Below, piece by piece: positions 15,514 through 25,624 of a stretch of 52,606 nucleotides of DNA. Under the pieces are notes generated by a model. It had not been told where the DNA came from. It worked only from the letters and a program-made list of their open reading frames with translations, and did no database searches. Numbering within the stretch: the stretch's first letter is position 1; each line of letters starts with the position of its first letter. The translations under genes and the position numbers were made by a program. Origin of the DNA: Candidatus Aerophobota bacterium (GTDB taxonomy: Bacteria; Aerophobota; Aerophobia; Aerophobales; JAGGXI01); NCBI GenBank assembly GCA_021163155.1, contig JAGGXI010000085.1:1-52606 (forward strand). The letters run 5' to 3'.

Positions 15514-16506
15514 ATGATTTTCAGAAAATTATGGTGGAAAAACTTAATAGTAATAGGTATATTTTTTTTGGTAATTATGCTTATTTCTTCTCTCTTTTTG
15601 CCTTCCTATAATAATCAAGAAAAGGTGACTGTAATTATTCCTAAAGGAAAGGGCTCCTTCCAAATCGCCCAGGACTTATCTCAAAAAAAACTTATAAAAA
15701 GTAAAGTTTTATTTTTGCTTCTTTCTAAAATTTTATGTTTAGAAAAGAATTTAAAAGCAGGAAGTTATGAATTTTCTTCTTCTAATATGCTTAAGATTTT
15801 AGATAAATTAAAGAAAGGCGAGGTAAAGACCTATCGTGTTACTATTCCTGAGGGATTAACCAAATGGGATATTGCGGACATTTTAGACAAAAGAGGTATT
15901 ATAGAAAAAGATAAGTTTTTAACTGTCGTAAATAACCCTTCTTCTATTTTTAAAAAGGAGTCTTTTTTACCTGAATCTAATTTAGAGGGATATCTTTATC
16001 CAGATACCTATTATTTTACTAAAGGGGAGGATACTGAGGAAGTAGTAAAAAAATTTGTTTTCAGATTCAAGAAAATGATTTTTCTTCCCTATCAGGAGTT
16101 AAAAGAGAAAAATACTTTCCCTTTAAGAGACATAGTAATTATGGCTTCAATTATCGAAAAGGAAGCCCAACTTTCATCAGAGAAACCTATTATTGCTGCT
16201 GTGTTTTATAATCGTCTAAAAAAGGGGATGAGACTTAGAGCAGACCCTACAATCAAATATGCTTTGGGTAGTTTTCGAATAAGATTGACTCGTAGTGAAC
16301 TCCTGACTCCTTCTTTTTATAATACTTATCTTTATAATGGACTGCCTCCGGGCCCCATCTGTAATCCTGGAAAAGATAGTATCTATGCTGCATTATATCC
16401 TGCAAATGCAGATTATTTCTATTTTGTAGCTAAGGGTGACGGGAGTCATAAATTTAGCAAGACCTATAAAGAACATTTAGAAGCAGTTTATAAATATCGG
16501 AAGTGA
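15514..16506 (+). CDS. mltG: endolytic murein transglycosylase MltG (YceG family)
   Basis: 330 aa. N-terminal TM helix, LEGYLYPDTY, ASIIEKEA and YNTYLYNGLPPGPICNPG. Confidence 0.85.
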   Translation: MIFRKLWWKNLIVIGIFFLVIMLISSLFLPSYNNQEKVTVIIPKGKGSFQIAQDLSQKKLIKSKVLFLLLSKILCLEKNLKAGSYEFSSSNMLKILDKLKKGEVKTYRVTIPEGLTKWDIADILDKRGIIEKDKFLTVVNNPSSIFKKESFLPESNLEGYLYPDTYYFTKGEDTEEVVKKFVFRFKKMIFLPYQELKEKNTFPLRDIVIMASIIEKEAQLSSEKPIIAAVFYNRLKKGMRLRADPTIKYALGSFRIRLTRSELLTPSFYNTYLYNGLPPGPICNPGKDSIYAALYPANADYFYFVAKGDGSHKFSKTYKEHLEAVYKYRK

Positions 16507-16510
16507 TAAT

Positions 16511-17797
16511 ATGATGATTCAGACACCTCGAGGAGTGGAAGATATACTCCCCCATCAAATCTCAAAATATCAGTGGATAGAAAAAAAAGCCTCTTCTCTC
16601 TTTCATTTATATGGATATGAAGAGATAAGAATTCCTACTTTCGAAAATGCAGAGCTTTTTCTACGAAGCGTGGGTAAAGAGACAGATGTTGGTAAACAGA
16701 TGTACATTTTTAAGGATAAAAAAGGAAGAAATTTATCTCTTCGCCCAGAGGCTACGGCTTCCGTTGCCAGAGCTTACATCCAGCATAGATTATATGAGAA
16801 ACCGGGAGACTGGAGAGTCTATTATATTGGTCCTATGTTTAGATACGAAAGGCCACAGGCAGGCAGGCTTCGAGAATTTCGACAGATAGGAGTGGAGGTT
16901 TTAGGAGAAGCAGCCCCTCAATTGGATGTAGAAGTTATAGAGATGGTGTGTCAATTTTTTAAAAGATTAGGATTGGCCAATTTCAATGTTCAGCTTAACA
17001 GTATTGGGTGTAAAAAATGTAGACCTGATTATGAAAAAAGACTAAAGGAATATTTTAAGAGAAATATAAGTTCTCTTTGCCCTGTTTGTCAGAAACGGTA
17101 TGAATATAATGTTTTACGTATTTTAGATTGTAAAAAAGAGAGTTGCCAAAAGGTAGTAGAAAAGGCGCCTTTTTTAAAAGATCATTTATGCGAAGATTGT
17201 AAGATTCACTTTGAAAAAGTGAAAATGGGTTTAGAGGATATGGGTATAAAGTTTAATCTCGACCCTTACCTGGTGAGGGGTCTTGATTATTATACAAGAA
17301 CTACCTTTGAAATAACTATTCCTTCGTTAGGAGCTCAAAATGCTATTTGCGGAGGAGGAAGATACGATGGTTTAGTGAAAGAACTGGGAGGTCCCTATAC
17401 TCCTGGGATAGGTTTCTCTATAGGGGTAGAGAGGCTATTGATTGCTCTTGAAAAAGATGAAATGAATTTTTTTCCTAAAAATTCTCCTGGCGTTTATGTA
17501 ATTACTTTAGATAAAAAAAGTCAAAAAATGGGCTATTATTTAGTTAATTTACTTCGCTCTAAGGGCATAAAGACGTGGATGAGTTTTTCAGGAGATAACC
17601 TTTCTTCTCAGTTAAGATTGGCTAACAGAAAGGGAGTTTGTTGGGCAATAATTATAGGTGAAGAAGAGGTCAACAAGGAGATATTAATTCTTAAAGATAT
17701 GGAGTCTGGCAAGCAAAGGGAGATAGAATGGAGAAGATTGGAGGAATTTAGTCAGAATTTAAATTTTCAATTAAAAAGGAGTAGAGATTGCGACTAA
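16511..17797 (+). CDS. hisS: histidine--tRNA ligase
   Basis: 428 aa. PRGVEDILP, LRPEATASVARAY, FRYERPQAGRLREF, GGGRYDGL and a C-terminal anticodon-binding domain. Confidence 0.95.
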   Translation: MMIQTPRGVEDILPHQISKYQWIEKKASSLFHLYGYEEIRIPTFENAELFLRSVGKETDVGKQMYIFKDKKGRNLSLRPEATASVARAYIQHRLYEKPGDWRVYYIGPMFRYERPQAGRLREFRQIGVEVLGEAAPQLDVEVIEMVCQFFKRLGLANFNVQLNSIGCKKCRPDYEKRLKEYFKRNISSLCPVCQKRYEYNVLRILDCKKESCQKVVEKAPFLKDHLCEDCKIHFEKVKMGLEDMGIKFNLDPYLVRGLDYYTRTTFEITIPSLGAQNAICGGGRYDGLVKELGGPYTPGIGFSIGVERLLIALEKDEMNFFPKNSPGVYVITLDKKSQKMGYYLVNLLRSKGIKTWMSFSGDNLSSQLRLANRKGVCWAIIIGEEEVNKEILILKDMESGKQREIEWRRLEEFSQNLNFQLKRSRDCD

Positions 17798-19551
17798 AAC
17801 GAACTTCTATGTGTAGTCTTTTAAGGGGAAAAGATAAAGATAAAGATGTTGTTTTAGCTGGTTGGGTAAAAAAAAGACGTGATCATGGAGGATTAATTTT
17901 TATTGATTTGGGAGATAAATCGGGAATTATTCAATTAGTATTTAATCCAATAATAGATAAAGATAGCCATACGCAAGCTCACTCTATAAGGGAAGGATGG
18001 GTAATTGCTGTAAAAGGAAAGGTAAAAATGCGGGCCGAGGATTCAATAAATCCAAAGCTGAAAACAGGTAAAATAGAAATAATAGTAAAAGAGCTAAAAA
18101 TATTAAATACTTCTCAGCCTCTCCCTTTCCCTATTGAAGATAAGATAGAGACAAATGAAGAGGTGAGGTTAAGATATAGATATTTAGACCTGCGAAGACC
18201 GATTATGCAAAGGAATATCTATTTAAAATATAGAATAAATAAACAGGTGCGAGATTTTCTTCATAAGAGAGGGTTTACAGAGATAGAGACTCCTTTTCTT
18301 ACTCAAAGTACTCCTGAAGGAGCAAGAGACTATCTGGTTCCCTCAAGGTTAAGTCCAGGAGAATTTTATGCTCTTCCTCAGTCTCCTCAATTATTTAAAC
18401 AGCTTCTTATGGTAGCCGGTTTTGACAAATATTTTCAGATAGTTAGGTGTTTTCGAGATGAAGATTTGAGAGCGGATAGACAGCCAGAGCACACTCAAAT
18501 AGACATAGAACTCTCTTTTATAGAAGAAGAGGATATATATGATCTTATTGAGAAAATGTTTTCCTTTGTATTTAACGAAGTTTTAGGAATCTCGCTTGAA
18601 ACTCCTTTTCCCCGTTTTAGCTATGAAGAGGTGGTGAGTCGATACGGCACTGATAAACCTGATATTAGATTTGGGTTGGAATTAAAGAATATCTCATCTC
18701 TGGTTAGTTCCTGTAAATTTGAGGTATTTCGTAAGGTTTTAGAGAAAGGAGGAAAAGTTAAAGGATTACGAGTTCCCAGAGGAAGTTCTCTTTCTCGAAA
18801 TGATATAGAGAAATTAATTAGGGAGATAACCTTCTACGGAGCTAAAGGATTGAGCTGGATTATCTTTGCTTCAAAAGAAAAAATAAGATCTCCATTAGTC
18901 AAGTTTTTTAGTAAATCTGAGCTTTTAAAAATAGTAGAATATATGGAAGGTGAAGAAGGAGATGCTTTCTTTTTTATAGCTGATGAAAAAACAGTAGTAA
19001 ATGAGGCTTTATCCCATCTTCGTCTCTACTTAGCAAAAAAGTTTCATCTTATCCCTGAGAAAACTCACAGATTATTATGGGTTATAAATTTTCCTTTATT
19101 TGAATACGATAAAGAGGGAAAGTTGGCTCCCTGTCATCATCCCTTTACCTCGCCGCGAGAGGAAGATTTGCCATTATTGGAGGAAAGTCCTGAAAAGGTA
19201 AAGGCTCGTTCTTACGATATTGTTATGGATGGAGAGGAAGTTGGAGGAGGAAGCATAAGGATTCATAGAAGAGGAATCCAGGAGAGGGTTTTAGAAATTT
19301 TAGGGATGACTTCTCTTCAAGCAAGGGAGAAATTTGGTTTTCTCCTTGAAGCTCTCTCTTTTGGAGCTCCTCCTCATGGAGGAATTGCCATAGGATTAGA
19401 CCGCTTAACAATGATATTAGCTGGAGAAAAATCTATAAGAGAGGTTATTCCTTTCCCTAAAACTCAGAAAGCGGTTTGTCTTTTAACTCAGGCTCCCTGT
19501 CCTGTAAATGAAGAGCAGCTTAAAGAGTTGCATTTAAAGGTAGAGGAGTGA
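17788..19551 (+). CDS. aspS: aspartate--tRNA ligase
   Basis: 587 aa. The OB-fold N-terminus has VVLAGWVKKRRDHGGLIFIDL. FRDEDLRADRQPEHTQID, GGGSIRIH and GIAIGLDRL are present. The apparent TTG start overlaps the hisS stop. Confidence 0.95.
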   Translation: MRLKRTSMCSLLRGKDKDKDVVLAGWVKKRRDHGGLIFIDLGDKSGIIQLVFNPIIDKDSHTQAHSIREGWVIAVKGKVKMRAEDSINPKLKTGKIEIIVKELKILNTSQPLPFPIEDKIETNEEVRLRYRYLDLRRPIMQRNIYLKYRINKQVRDFLHKRGFTEIETPFLTQSTPEGARDYLVPSRLSPGEFYALPQSPQLFKQLLMVAGFDKYFQIVRCFRDEDLRADRQPEHTQIDIELSFIEEEDIYDLIEKMFSFVFNEVLGISLETPFPRFSYEEVVSRYGTDKPDIRFGLELKNISSLVSSCKFEVFRKVLEKGGKVKGLRVPRGSSLSRNDIEKLIREITFYGAKGLSWIIFASKEKIRSPLVKFFSKSELLKIVEYMEGEEGDAFFFIADEKTVVNEALSHLRLYLAKKFHLIPEKTHRLLWVINFPLFEYDKEGKLAPCHHPFTSPREEDLPLLEESPEKVKARSYDIVMDGEEVGGGSIRIHRRGIQERVLEILGMTSLQAREKFGFLLEALSFGAPPHGGIAIGLDRLTMILAGEKSIREVIPFPKTQKAVCLLTQAPCPVNEEQLKELHLKVEE

Positions 19552-21464
19552 AGTATATTAAGGTAGCCTTAAATCTTCCTTTAAATCAGCTTTTTTATTA
19601 CAAGGTTCCTCCAGAACTTATGGATAGAATTAAGATAGGCAAAAGAGTAATTGTTCCTTTTAAAAGAAAAAACTTAACTGGTTTTGTAATAGAAGAGACA
19701 AAAAGAGGGAAACCAGGGAAAAGATTAAAAGAGATAATTAAAGTAGATGATTTCCCCTTTTTAGATACCAATCTTCTTCGATTAGGAGAGTGGATAAGTG
19801 ATTATTATTTTTGTTCTTTAGGACAGACCCTCCATTTTATGCTTCCTATCCAATCCAGTTTAAAGATTGGCAAAGAAGAGAAAATAAAAATTAGTGATTC
19901 TTTTGCCTTTTTTAACAAAACTCAATATAATGAAGCTATTTCCCTGGTAGAAGAAGGAAACTTTTTATTTAGGCCAAAGAATAATGAGGAGAAAATATCT
20001 TTTTACCTTTTATTAATAGAAAAAATAGTGGAAGAGAAAGGAAAGAATGTTATTCTCATTATTCCTGAAATTAGTTATATACCTTTTTTAAAGAAGGTAA
20101 TTCGCTATTATTTTCCCCAGGAGATAGCTATTTTCCACAGTAGACTTTCCCTAAAAGAAAAGTATAATCAATGGCTGAAAATGAGAGAGGGGAAGGTAAA
20201 TTTGGCTATAGGAACACGCTCTCTTATATTCGCCCCTTTCCCCCAAATAGGTTTAGTTATAATTGAAGAAGAAGAAAATACCTCCTATAAGCAGATAGAA
20301 GCTCCTCGCTACCATGTTCGGGAAGTAGCTATAAAACGGAGAGAGATAGAAAGATTTCCTTTAATTTTAACTACCCAAAGTCCCTCTTTGGAGTCCTGGT
20401 ATAATGTGAAAAAAGGGAATTATAAATTAATTGAGCTTTCTCAGAATAGTAGACGTTTTTTAGTAGAAATTGTAGACCTTCGTGAGGAAAAAACTAAAAT
20501 TCTCTCCTCCTCTTTAGAAGAAGGAATTAAAGAAAGTTTAAATAAAAATAAGCTTATGCTCCTTTTTATAAATAAGCGAGGTTTTGCTAACTTTATTCTC
20601 TGCAGGGAATGTGGAGGAGTTATTAGATGCCCTAATTGTAATATAGGTCTTACTTTTCACCTGGGTGATGATTTGGTTTGTCACTATTGCAATTATCGAA
20701 CGAGGGTTCCTCGTATCTGCCCTTTTTGTAAAGGGAGGGAACTTCGAAGAGTAGGAGCAGGAACACAACGGGTAGAAAGAGAGATAAGGAAAAAATTTCA
20801 AACAGCTCGCATAAAACGGGTAGATAAAGATGCCATTAATTCATCATCGGCTTATAAAAAATTATTACAGGATCTTGAAGATAAAAAGATTGACATACTG
20901 GTAGGGACACAGCTGGTGATCAAAGAGGAAATTTTAAAAAGAATAGATTTAGTAGGAATTGTTCTTGTTGATACTTTGTTGAATTTGCCAGATTTTAGAG
21001 CGACTGAACGTCTCTTCCAGCTTCTTACAAGAATTAAAGGGCATATTAAAGAAAGAGGAAAGATTATCATTCAAACTTATAATCCTTCTCATTATGCTTT
21101 AAAAGCATTTAAAGAAGGCAAAGATGAAGATTTTTATAATGAGGAGATGAGAATAAGAAAAGAGTTAGATTATCCACCTTATTTACACTGGATAAGAATT
21201 TTATTGGAAGGAAAGATAAAAAATGAAGTAGAGGAGGCAGGAAAAATGATTGAAGAAAAATTGAAGAAAGAGAGTTTAAGGTTTTTAGGTCCTTCCTCTT
21301 GCCCTTTTAGCAAAATTAGGGGAAAGTATCGCTATCATTTAATTTTAAGAGATGAAGATTTATCCTGGATAAAAAAAATATTGGATGAAAAATTAAAGCC
21401 TTTGTTTACTCATTTTAAGGGAATTAGGACAACCGTGGATGTAGAGCCTTTAAGGACGATGTAA
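19548..21464 (+). CDS. priA: primosomal protein N' (PriA) homologue with degenerate ATPase motifs
   Basis: 638 aa, collinear with PriA. The Cys-rich Zn region CRECGGVIRCPNCNIGLTFH..CHYCNY..CPFC is intact. Walker A, DEEH and GRAGR positions read RPKNNEEK, EEEN and TRIKGH. Confidence 0.85.
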   Translation: MKYIKVALNLPLNQLFYYKVPPELMDRIKIGKRVIVPFKRKNLTGFVIEETKRGKPGKRLKEIIKVDDFPFLDTNLLRLGEWISDYYFCSLGQTLHFMLPIQSSLKIGKEEKIKISDSFAFFNKTQYNEAISLVEEGNFLFRPKNNEEKISFYLLLIEKIVEEKGKNVILIIPEISYIPFLKKVIRYYFPQEIAIFHSRLSLKEKYNQWLKMREGKVNLAIGTRSLIFAPFPQIGLVIIEEEENTSYKQIEAPRYHVREVAIKRREIERFPLILTTQSPSLESWYNVKKGNYKLIELSQNSRRFLVEIVDLREEKTKILSSSLEEGIKESLNKNKLMLLFINKRGFANFILCRECGGVIRCPNCNIGLTFHLGDDLVCHYCNYRTRVPRICPFCKGRELRRVGAGTQRVEREIRKKFQTARIKRVDKDAINSSSAYKKLLQDLEDKKIDILVGTQLVIKEEILKRIDLVGIVLVDTLLNLPDFRATERLFQLLTRIKGHIKERGKIIIQTYNPSHYALKAFKEGKDEDFYNEEMRIRKELDYPPYLHWIRILLEGKIKNEVEEAGKMIEEKLKKESLRFLGPSSCPFSKIRGKYRYHLILRDEDLSWIKKILDEKLKPLFTHFKGIRTTVDVEPLRTM

Positions 21465-21468
21465 TAAG

Positions 21469-22371
21469 ATGCTAAAGAAAAATTTAGATGTTGGAGGGCA
21501 GGCTGTTATAGAGGGAGTCATGATGCGTTCTCCGGAATATATTACTGTTGCTGTTAGAAAAAGTAGTGGAGAAATAGTAGTGAAGAAAGAACATTATATT
21601 TCCCTTAGTAAAAGATTCAAGTTACTTAATCTTCCTATTGTTAGAGGGATTGTAACATTAGGAGAGACATTATATATTGGAATAAAAGCTTTGGCTTTCT
21701 CTGCAGAAGAAGCTGTAGAATCTATAGAAGAGGAAGATACCTCTAAAGAGAAAAAAGAAAAGAGAGGGATATTTACCAGTTTATGGTTAATAGGTACAAT
21801 TATCTTTGCCTTTATCCTAGCTTTTCTTCTATTTTTTTATCTTCCTTTAATGATAGCTACCTTTTTGAATATTAAAGGAGGATTTTTATTTAATTTTGTA
21901 GATGGGATAATAAGAGTAGCTATTTTTTTAATTTATATTTGGGCAATTACACTCTGGAAGGATATGAGAAGAATATTTGAATATCATGGTGCAGAACATA
22001 AAAGTATCTACACTCTTGAGGCAGGTGATGATTTATTGCCTGCAAATGCAAAAAAGTATTCCACCCTTCATCCTCGATGTGGAACAAGTTTTCTCTTAAT
22101 TGTGATGATAGTAAGTATTATTGTTTTTATGTTTCTTGGTAGACCCCATACTTTAAGCGACAGATTGGTAAGATTTTTGTTCATTCCCTTGATTGCTGGC
22201 ATATCTTATGAACTATTAAAATTATCAGGAAAAAAGAGAGAGAGTAAAATCACTAAAGTTTTAATAGCACCAGGATTATGGCTTCAAAAAATAACTACAA
22301 AAGAGCCAGATGAAAAACAACTAGAGGTAGCCATAGCTGCTTTGAAAGAAGCGTTAGATTTAAGTCCGTAG
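21469..22371 (+). CDS. DUF1385-family membrane protein (YqhQ-like)
   Basis: 300 aa. GGQAVIEGVMMRSP, EYHGAEHK and HPRCGTSF motifs, plus several TM helices. Confidence 0.8.
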   Translation: MLKKNLDVGGQAVIEGVMMRSPEYITVAVRKSSGEIVVKKEHYISLSKRFKLLNLPIVRGIVTLGETLYIGIKALAFSAEEAVESIEEEDTSKEKKEKRGIFTSLWLIGTIIFAFILAFLLFFYLPLMIATFLNIKGGFLFNFVDGIIRVAIFLIYIWAITLWKDMRRIFEYHGAEHKSIYTLEAGDDLLPANAKKYSTLHPRCGTSFLLIVMIVSIIVFMFLGRPHTLSDRLVRFLFIPLIAGISYELLKLSGKKRESKITKVLIAPGLWLQKITTKEPDEKQLEVAIAALKEALDLSP

Positions 22372-22432
22372 ACTGTAAATAGTAAATAGTGAATGGTAAG
22401 AAGAGGTTAAGCCTAAATTAGGTAAATTTATT

Positions 22433-22512
22433 AACCCGGCCTTTAGGGTAGGGGAGGCTTTAGCCTCCCAATTACCTCTAACTCTTGTTTTACAAAGGGC
22501 GATTAGTCTCTA
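22433..22512. repeat. partial copy of structured repeat family R2
   Basis: AACCCGGCCTTTAGGGTAGGGGAGGCTTTAGCCTCCCAATTACCTCTAACTCTTGTTTTACAAAGGGCGATTAGTCTC matches 25196-25310 and the reverse complement of 45363-45473. Confidence 0.75.
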
Positions 22513-22544
22513 TCACCTTTACTCGCTAAGAAGAAGAGAAAAAA

Positions 22545-25169
22545 ATGGAAAGTAATGAAATTAGAAGAAGATTTCTCGATTTTTTTGAGCAGAAAGGACA
22601 TCTTATTCAACCTTCTGCGCCTTTATCTGTAAATGACCCGGAATTACTCTTCACCATTGCGGGGATGGTTCCCTTTAAAAAATTTTTCTTAGGAAAAAGT
22701 AGGCCCCCGGCTAGTCGTTTATCTTCTTGCCAGCTATGCTTTCGCACGAACGATCTGGAGAGGGTAGGGGAGACTTCTTATCATCATACTCTTTTTGAGA
22801 TGTTAGGTAATTTCTCTTTTGGTGATTATTTTAAAGAAGAGGCTTGTCAATGGGGATGGGAATTTATAACAAAAGAGTTAAATCTTCCAGGAGAAAAACT
22901 ATGGGTTACTATATTCAAGGACGATGAAGAAACTTATCATATATGGAAAAAGATAGGCATTCCCTCTTCAAGGATAGTAAAAAAGAATGAAGAGGAAAAT
23001 TTCTGGTCTTCAGCTGAGGTGGGTCCCTGTGGTCCGGATACAGAGATATTTTTGGATAGAGGGGAAAAATTTGGTTGTGGAAGAAAAAATTGTGTTCCTG
23101 GCTGTGATTGTCAACGATGGATTGAGATATGGAATTTAGTATTTATGCAGTTTAACAGGGATGAAGAGGGAAAACTTTCTCCTCTCCCCTCAAAAAATAT
23201 TGATACAGGAATGGGGTTGGAAAGAATAACCTCTATCTTACAGAATGTAACTGATGACTATTTCACGGATCTTTTCCGTCCTCTTATGGATTGGTTAAAA
23301 GACATTTCTTCTTCAAAAAAAGAAAAACCCTTCAGGGTTATCTGTGACCATTTGCGGGCTCTTACATTTCTTTTAGGGGAAGGGATTTTACCTTCAAATA
23401 CTGGAAGAGGTTATGTATTAAGAAGAGTTCTTAGACGTGCTTTTTTATATGGAAGAAAATTGGGATTAGAGAAGCCTTTTCTCTATAAAGGAGTCCCTCT
23501 AATAACAGAAATGATGAGAGAACCCTATCCTCATCTAAAAAGAGAAAAAGAAAAAATAGTGAGGGTAATTAAAGATGAAGAAGAGAATTTTCAGAATACT
23601 TTAACTCGAGGGATAGGAATACTGGAAGGATTGATAGAAGATTTAAAGAGAAAGGGGGATAAAATTGTTCCCTCTAAGGATGTATTTAAGTTATACGATA
23701 CCTATGGCTTTCCCATAGAACTGACAGAAGAAATAACTAAAGAGGAAGGGTTAAGCATAGATAAACAGGCAAGTGAAATATTTTTAGCTGAACAGAGGGA
23801 AAGAGGGAGAAAAAAATTTAAAGAAAAAATTGGAGCAACATTAAAGGATATATATAATATAGTGCATATAGACGATGAAGCAAAATTGAAAGTAAAAGTA
23901 AAGTTTGAAGGGTATGAAAAGTTAAAACTAAAGACAACTATTGAAGGAATTATTAAAGGAGAAAAGCTGGTAAGTGAGATAAAAGAAGGAGAGGAGGGAA
24001 AATTTATTTTAACCTCTACACCATTTTATCCCGAAAGGGGAGGCCAAGTAGGGGATAGAGGTAAGATCTTTAATTCTACCTCTCAATCTACAGTTGTTGA
24101 CACAAAAAAAATAAATGAGGGAATAATTCTTCATTATGTTAAAGTAATTAAAGGAAAACTTAAAAAAGGAGACGAAGTAATAGCCGAGGTTAATAAAAAA
24201 AGAAGAGAAAGTATCTGCCGAGCTCATACAGCAACTCATCTTTTACAGGCGAGTCTAAGAAAGATTTTAGGAGAAACTGTTAAACAGAGCGGTTCTTTGG
24301 TGGATGAAGATAGACTTCGTTTCGATTTTACCTATTCTTCGTCTATAAATAAAGAAAACCTTGAAAGGCTTTCTATCTTACTTAATGAAAAGGTGAGAGA
24401 AGATCTTCCTATAAATATAGAAGAGATGGGATTGGATGAGGCAAGGCAGAGAGGAGCTATAGCTCTTTTTGAAGAAAGATACAAAGAAAGAGTTCGTGTA
24501 GTAAATATTGGAAATTTTAGTATGGAAGTTTGTGGGGGGACCCATCTTTCCAGAACAGGAGAAATAGGTTTAATAAAAATAGTAAATGACTTATCTGTGG
24601 CTTCAGGAATAAGAAGAATAGAAGCTCTTACAGGTGAGAGAGCTTTGAGATGGATGGAGAAGAAAGGAGATATGTTAAAGGGGATTGTCTTTAAATTAAA
24701 TATCTCTGAAGATAAAATATTACCTTATATAGAAGAAATAGAAAAAGATTTAAGAGAGAAAGAAGAGGAATTAAAGAAATGGCAAAGAAGGTTTATAGAT
24801 TCTCATATAGAAGGACTGATAAAGAAAGCTTCTCAAATTGGTAAAGTAAAAGTGATAAAAGAAAGATGGGAGGGTATATCTTTAGAAGTACTTAGAGAAG
24901 GAGCAGAAAAGATAAAAAATAGATTAGAAGAGGGAATAGTAGTTTTAGCCTCTGTTAGTAGAAATAAAGCATTTTTGGTGGCTGCTTCCACCAAGAAAAG
25001 CCTACCTGCAAACAAGATAATAAAAGAAGTAGCCTCTCTTGCTGATGGAAATGGAGGAGGAAGATGGGATTTTGCTCAAGGAGGAACCTCTCACCCCTCA
25101 AAAGTGAGCTCAGCTTTAGAAAAGTTGCCTCTTATTGTAAAAAAACTTTTGCATCAAGAGAATCGGTAG
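22545..25169 (+). CDS. alaS: alanine--tRNA ligase
   Basis: 874 aa. FLDFFEQKGH, FTIAGM, the editing-domain HTATHLL..CGGTH, and a C-terminal DHHA1 domain with GGGRWDFAQGG. Confidence 0.95.
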   Translation: MESNEIRRRFLDFFEQKGHLIQPSAPLSVNDPELLFTIAGMVPFKKFFLGKSRPPASRLSSCQLCFRTNDLERVGETSYHHTLFEMLGNFSFGDYFKEEACQWGWEFITKELNLPGEKLWVTIFKDDEETYHIWKKIGIPSSRIVKKNEEENFWSSAEVGPCGPDTEIFLDRGEKFGCGRKNCVPGCDCQRWIEIWNLVFMQFNRDEEGKLSPLPSKNIDTGMGLERITSILQNVTDDYFTDLFRPLMDWLKDISSSKKEKPFRVICDHLRALTFLLGEGILPSNTGRGYVLRRVLRRAFLYGRKLGLEKPFLYKGVPLITEMMREPYPHLKREKEKIVRVIKDEEENFQNTLTRGIGILEGLIEDLKRKGDKIVPSKDVFKLYDTYGFPIELTEEITKEEGLSIDKQASEIFLAEQRERGRKKFKEKIGATLKDIYNIVHIDDEAKLKVKVKFEGYEKLKLKTTIEGIIKGEKLVSEIKEGEEGKFILTSTPFYPERGGQVGDRGKIFNSTSQSTVVDTKKINEGIILHYVKVIKGKLKKGDEVIAEVNKKRRESICRAHTATHLLQASLRKILGETVKQSGSLVDEDRLRFDFTYSSSINKENLERLSILLNEKVREDLPINIEEMGLDEARQRGAIALFEERYKERVRVVNIGNFSMEVCGGTHLSRTGEIGLIKIVNDLSVASGIRRIEALTGERALRWMEKKGDMLKGIVFKLNISEDKILPYIEEIEKDLREKEEELKKWQRRFIDSHIEGLIKKASQIGKVKVIKERWEGISLEVLREGAEKIKNRLEEGIVVLASVSRNKAFLVAASTKKSLPANKIIKEVASLADGNGGGRWDFAQGGTSHPSKVSSALEKLPLIVKKLLHQENR

Positions 25170-25195
25170 CCGCAGATTATATAGCTCATAGTTTT

Positions 25196-25310
25196 AACCC
25201 GAATTCGGTAAACCATTAATTCAATTGCTTGGGTAGGGGAGGCTTTAGTCTCCCAATTTCCTTTAGCTCTTGCTTTGCAAAAGGCGACTAATCTTGTCTC
25301 TCTACCCAAA
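25196..25310. repeat. copy of structured repeat family R2 (one terminal repeat plus core)
   Basis: AACCCGAATTCGGTAAACC...GGGTAGGGGAGGCTTTAGTCTCCC...CTTTGCAAAAGGCGAC...CTCTACCC. It generates the spurious ORF 25154..25354. Confidence 0.75.
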
Positions 25311-25427
25311 AAGGGGAAACTTTCTACCACAATCCTTTTCTTTCTGACTCCCATAAGGTCTGAAACACTTCATTTAGCGAAACAACTTCAAACCTCTATA
25401 AATTAAAAATACGCTGGGCAATTTTTT

Positions 25428-25455
25428 TTGCAAATTATTTTGGATGTGGTATAAT
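25428..25455 (+). promoter_or_regulatory. candidate sigma70 promoter upstream of the methyltransferase gene
   Basis: TTGCAA, a 16-nt spacer, then TATAAT (25450-25455) with TG two nucleotides upstream. It is ~170 nt from the ATG. Confidence 0.35.
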
Positions 25456-25624
25456 TATTCTAGTTTCGAAAGAAAAAAGGATTTACATAAAATGACCTCG
25501 CAAGAAAAGCCGATATTCTTTATACCACTTTAGTAAATGCTATTTTAAAAAACCTTTTATTTGAACTGCCGCAAAGATACAAAGGGATTAGATATAAATG
25601 TGGAGGAATTAATAAAATAAATTT

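Noticed and set aside
22372-22544. T-box leader upstream of alaS (also considered for hisS, aspS and cysS)
   Set aside because: No T-box sequence (AGGGTGGNACCGCG-like) or specifier-loop architecture is present. The alaS leader is occupied by an R2 repeat copy. The other aaRS genes have no leader space because they are overlapping or coupled genes.
25154-25354. 66-aa and 61-aa ORFs (25154..25354 minus, 45320..45505 plus) with similar peptides (..CKARAKGNWETKASPTQ..)
   Set aside because: The similarity comes from both reading through copies of repeat family R2. They have no RBS, they span repeat boundaries, and one overlaps the alaS stop. I treat them as repeat-encoded artefacts.
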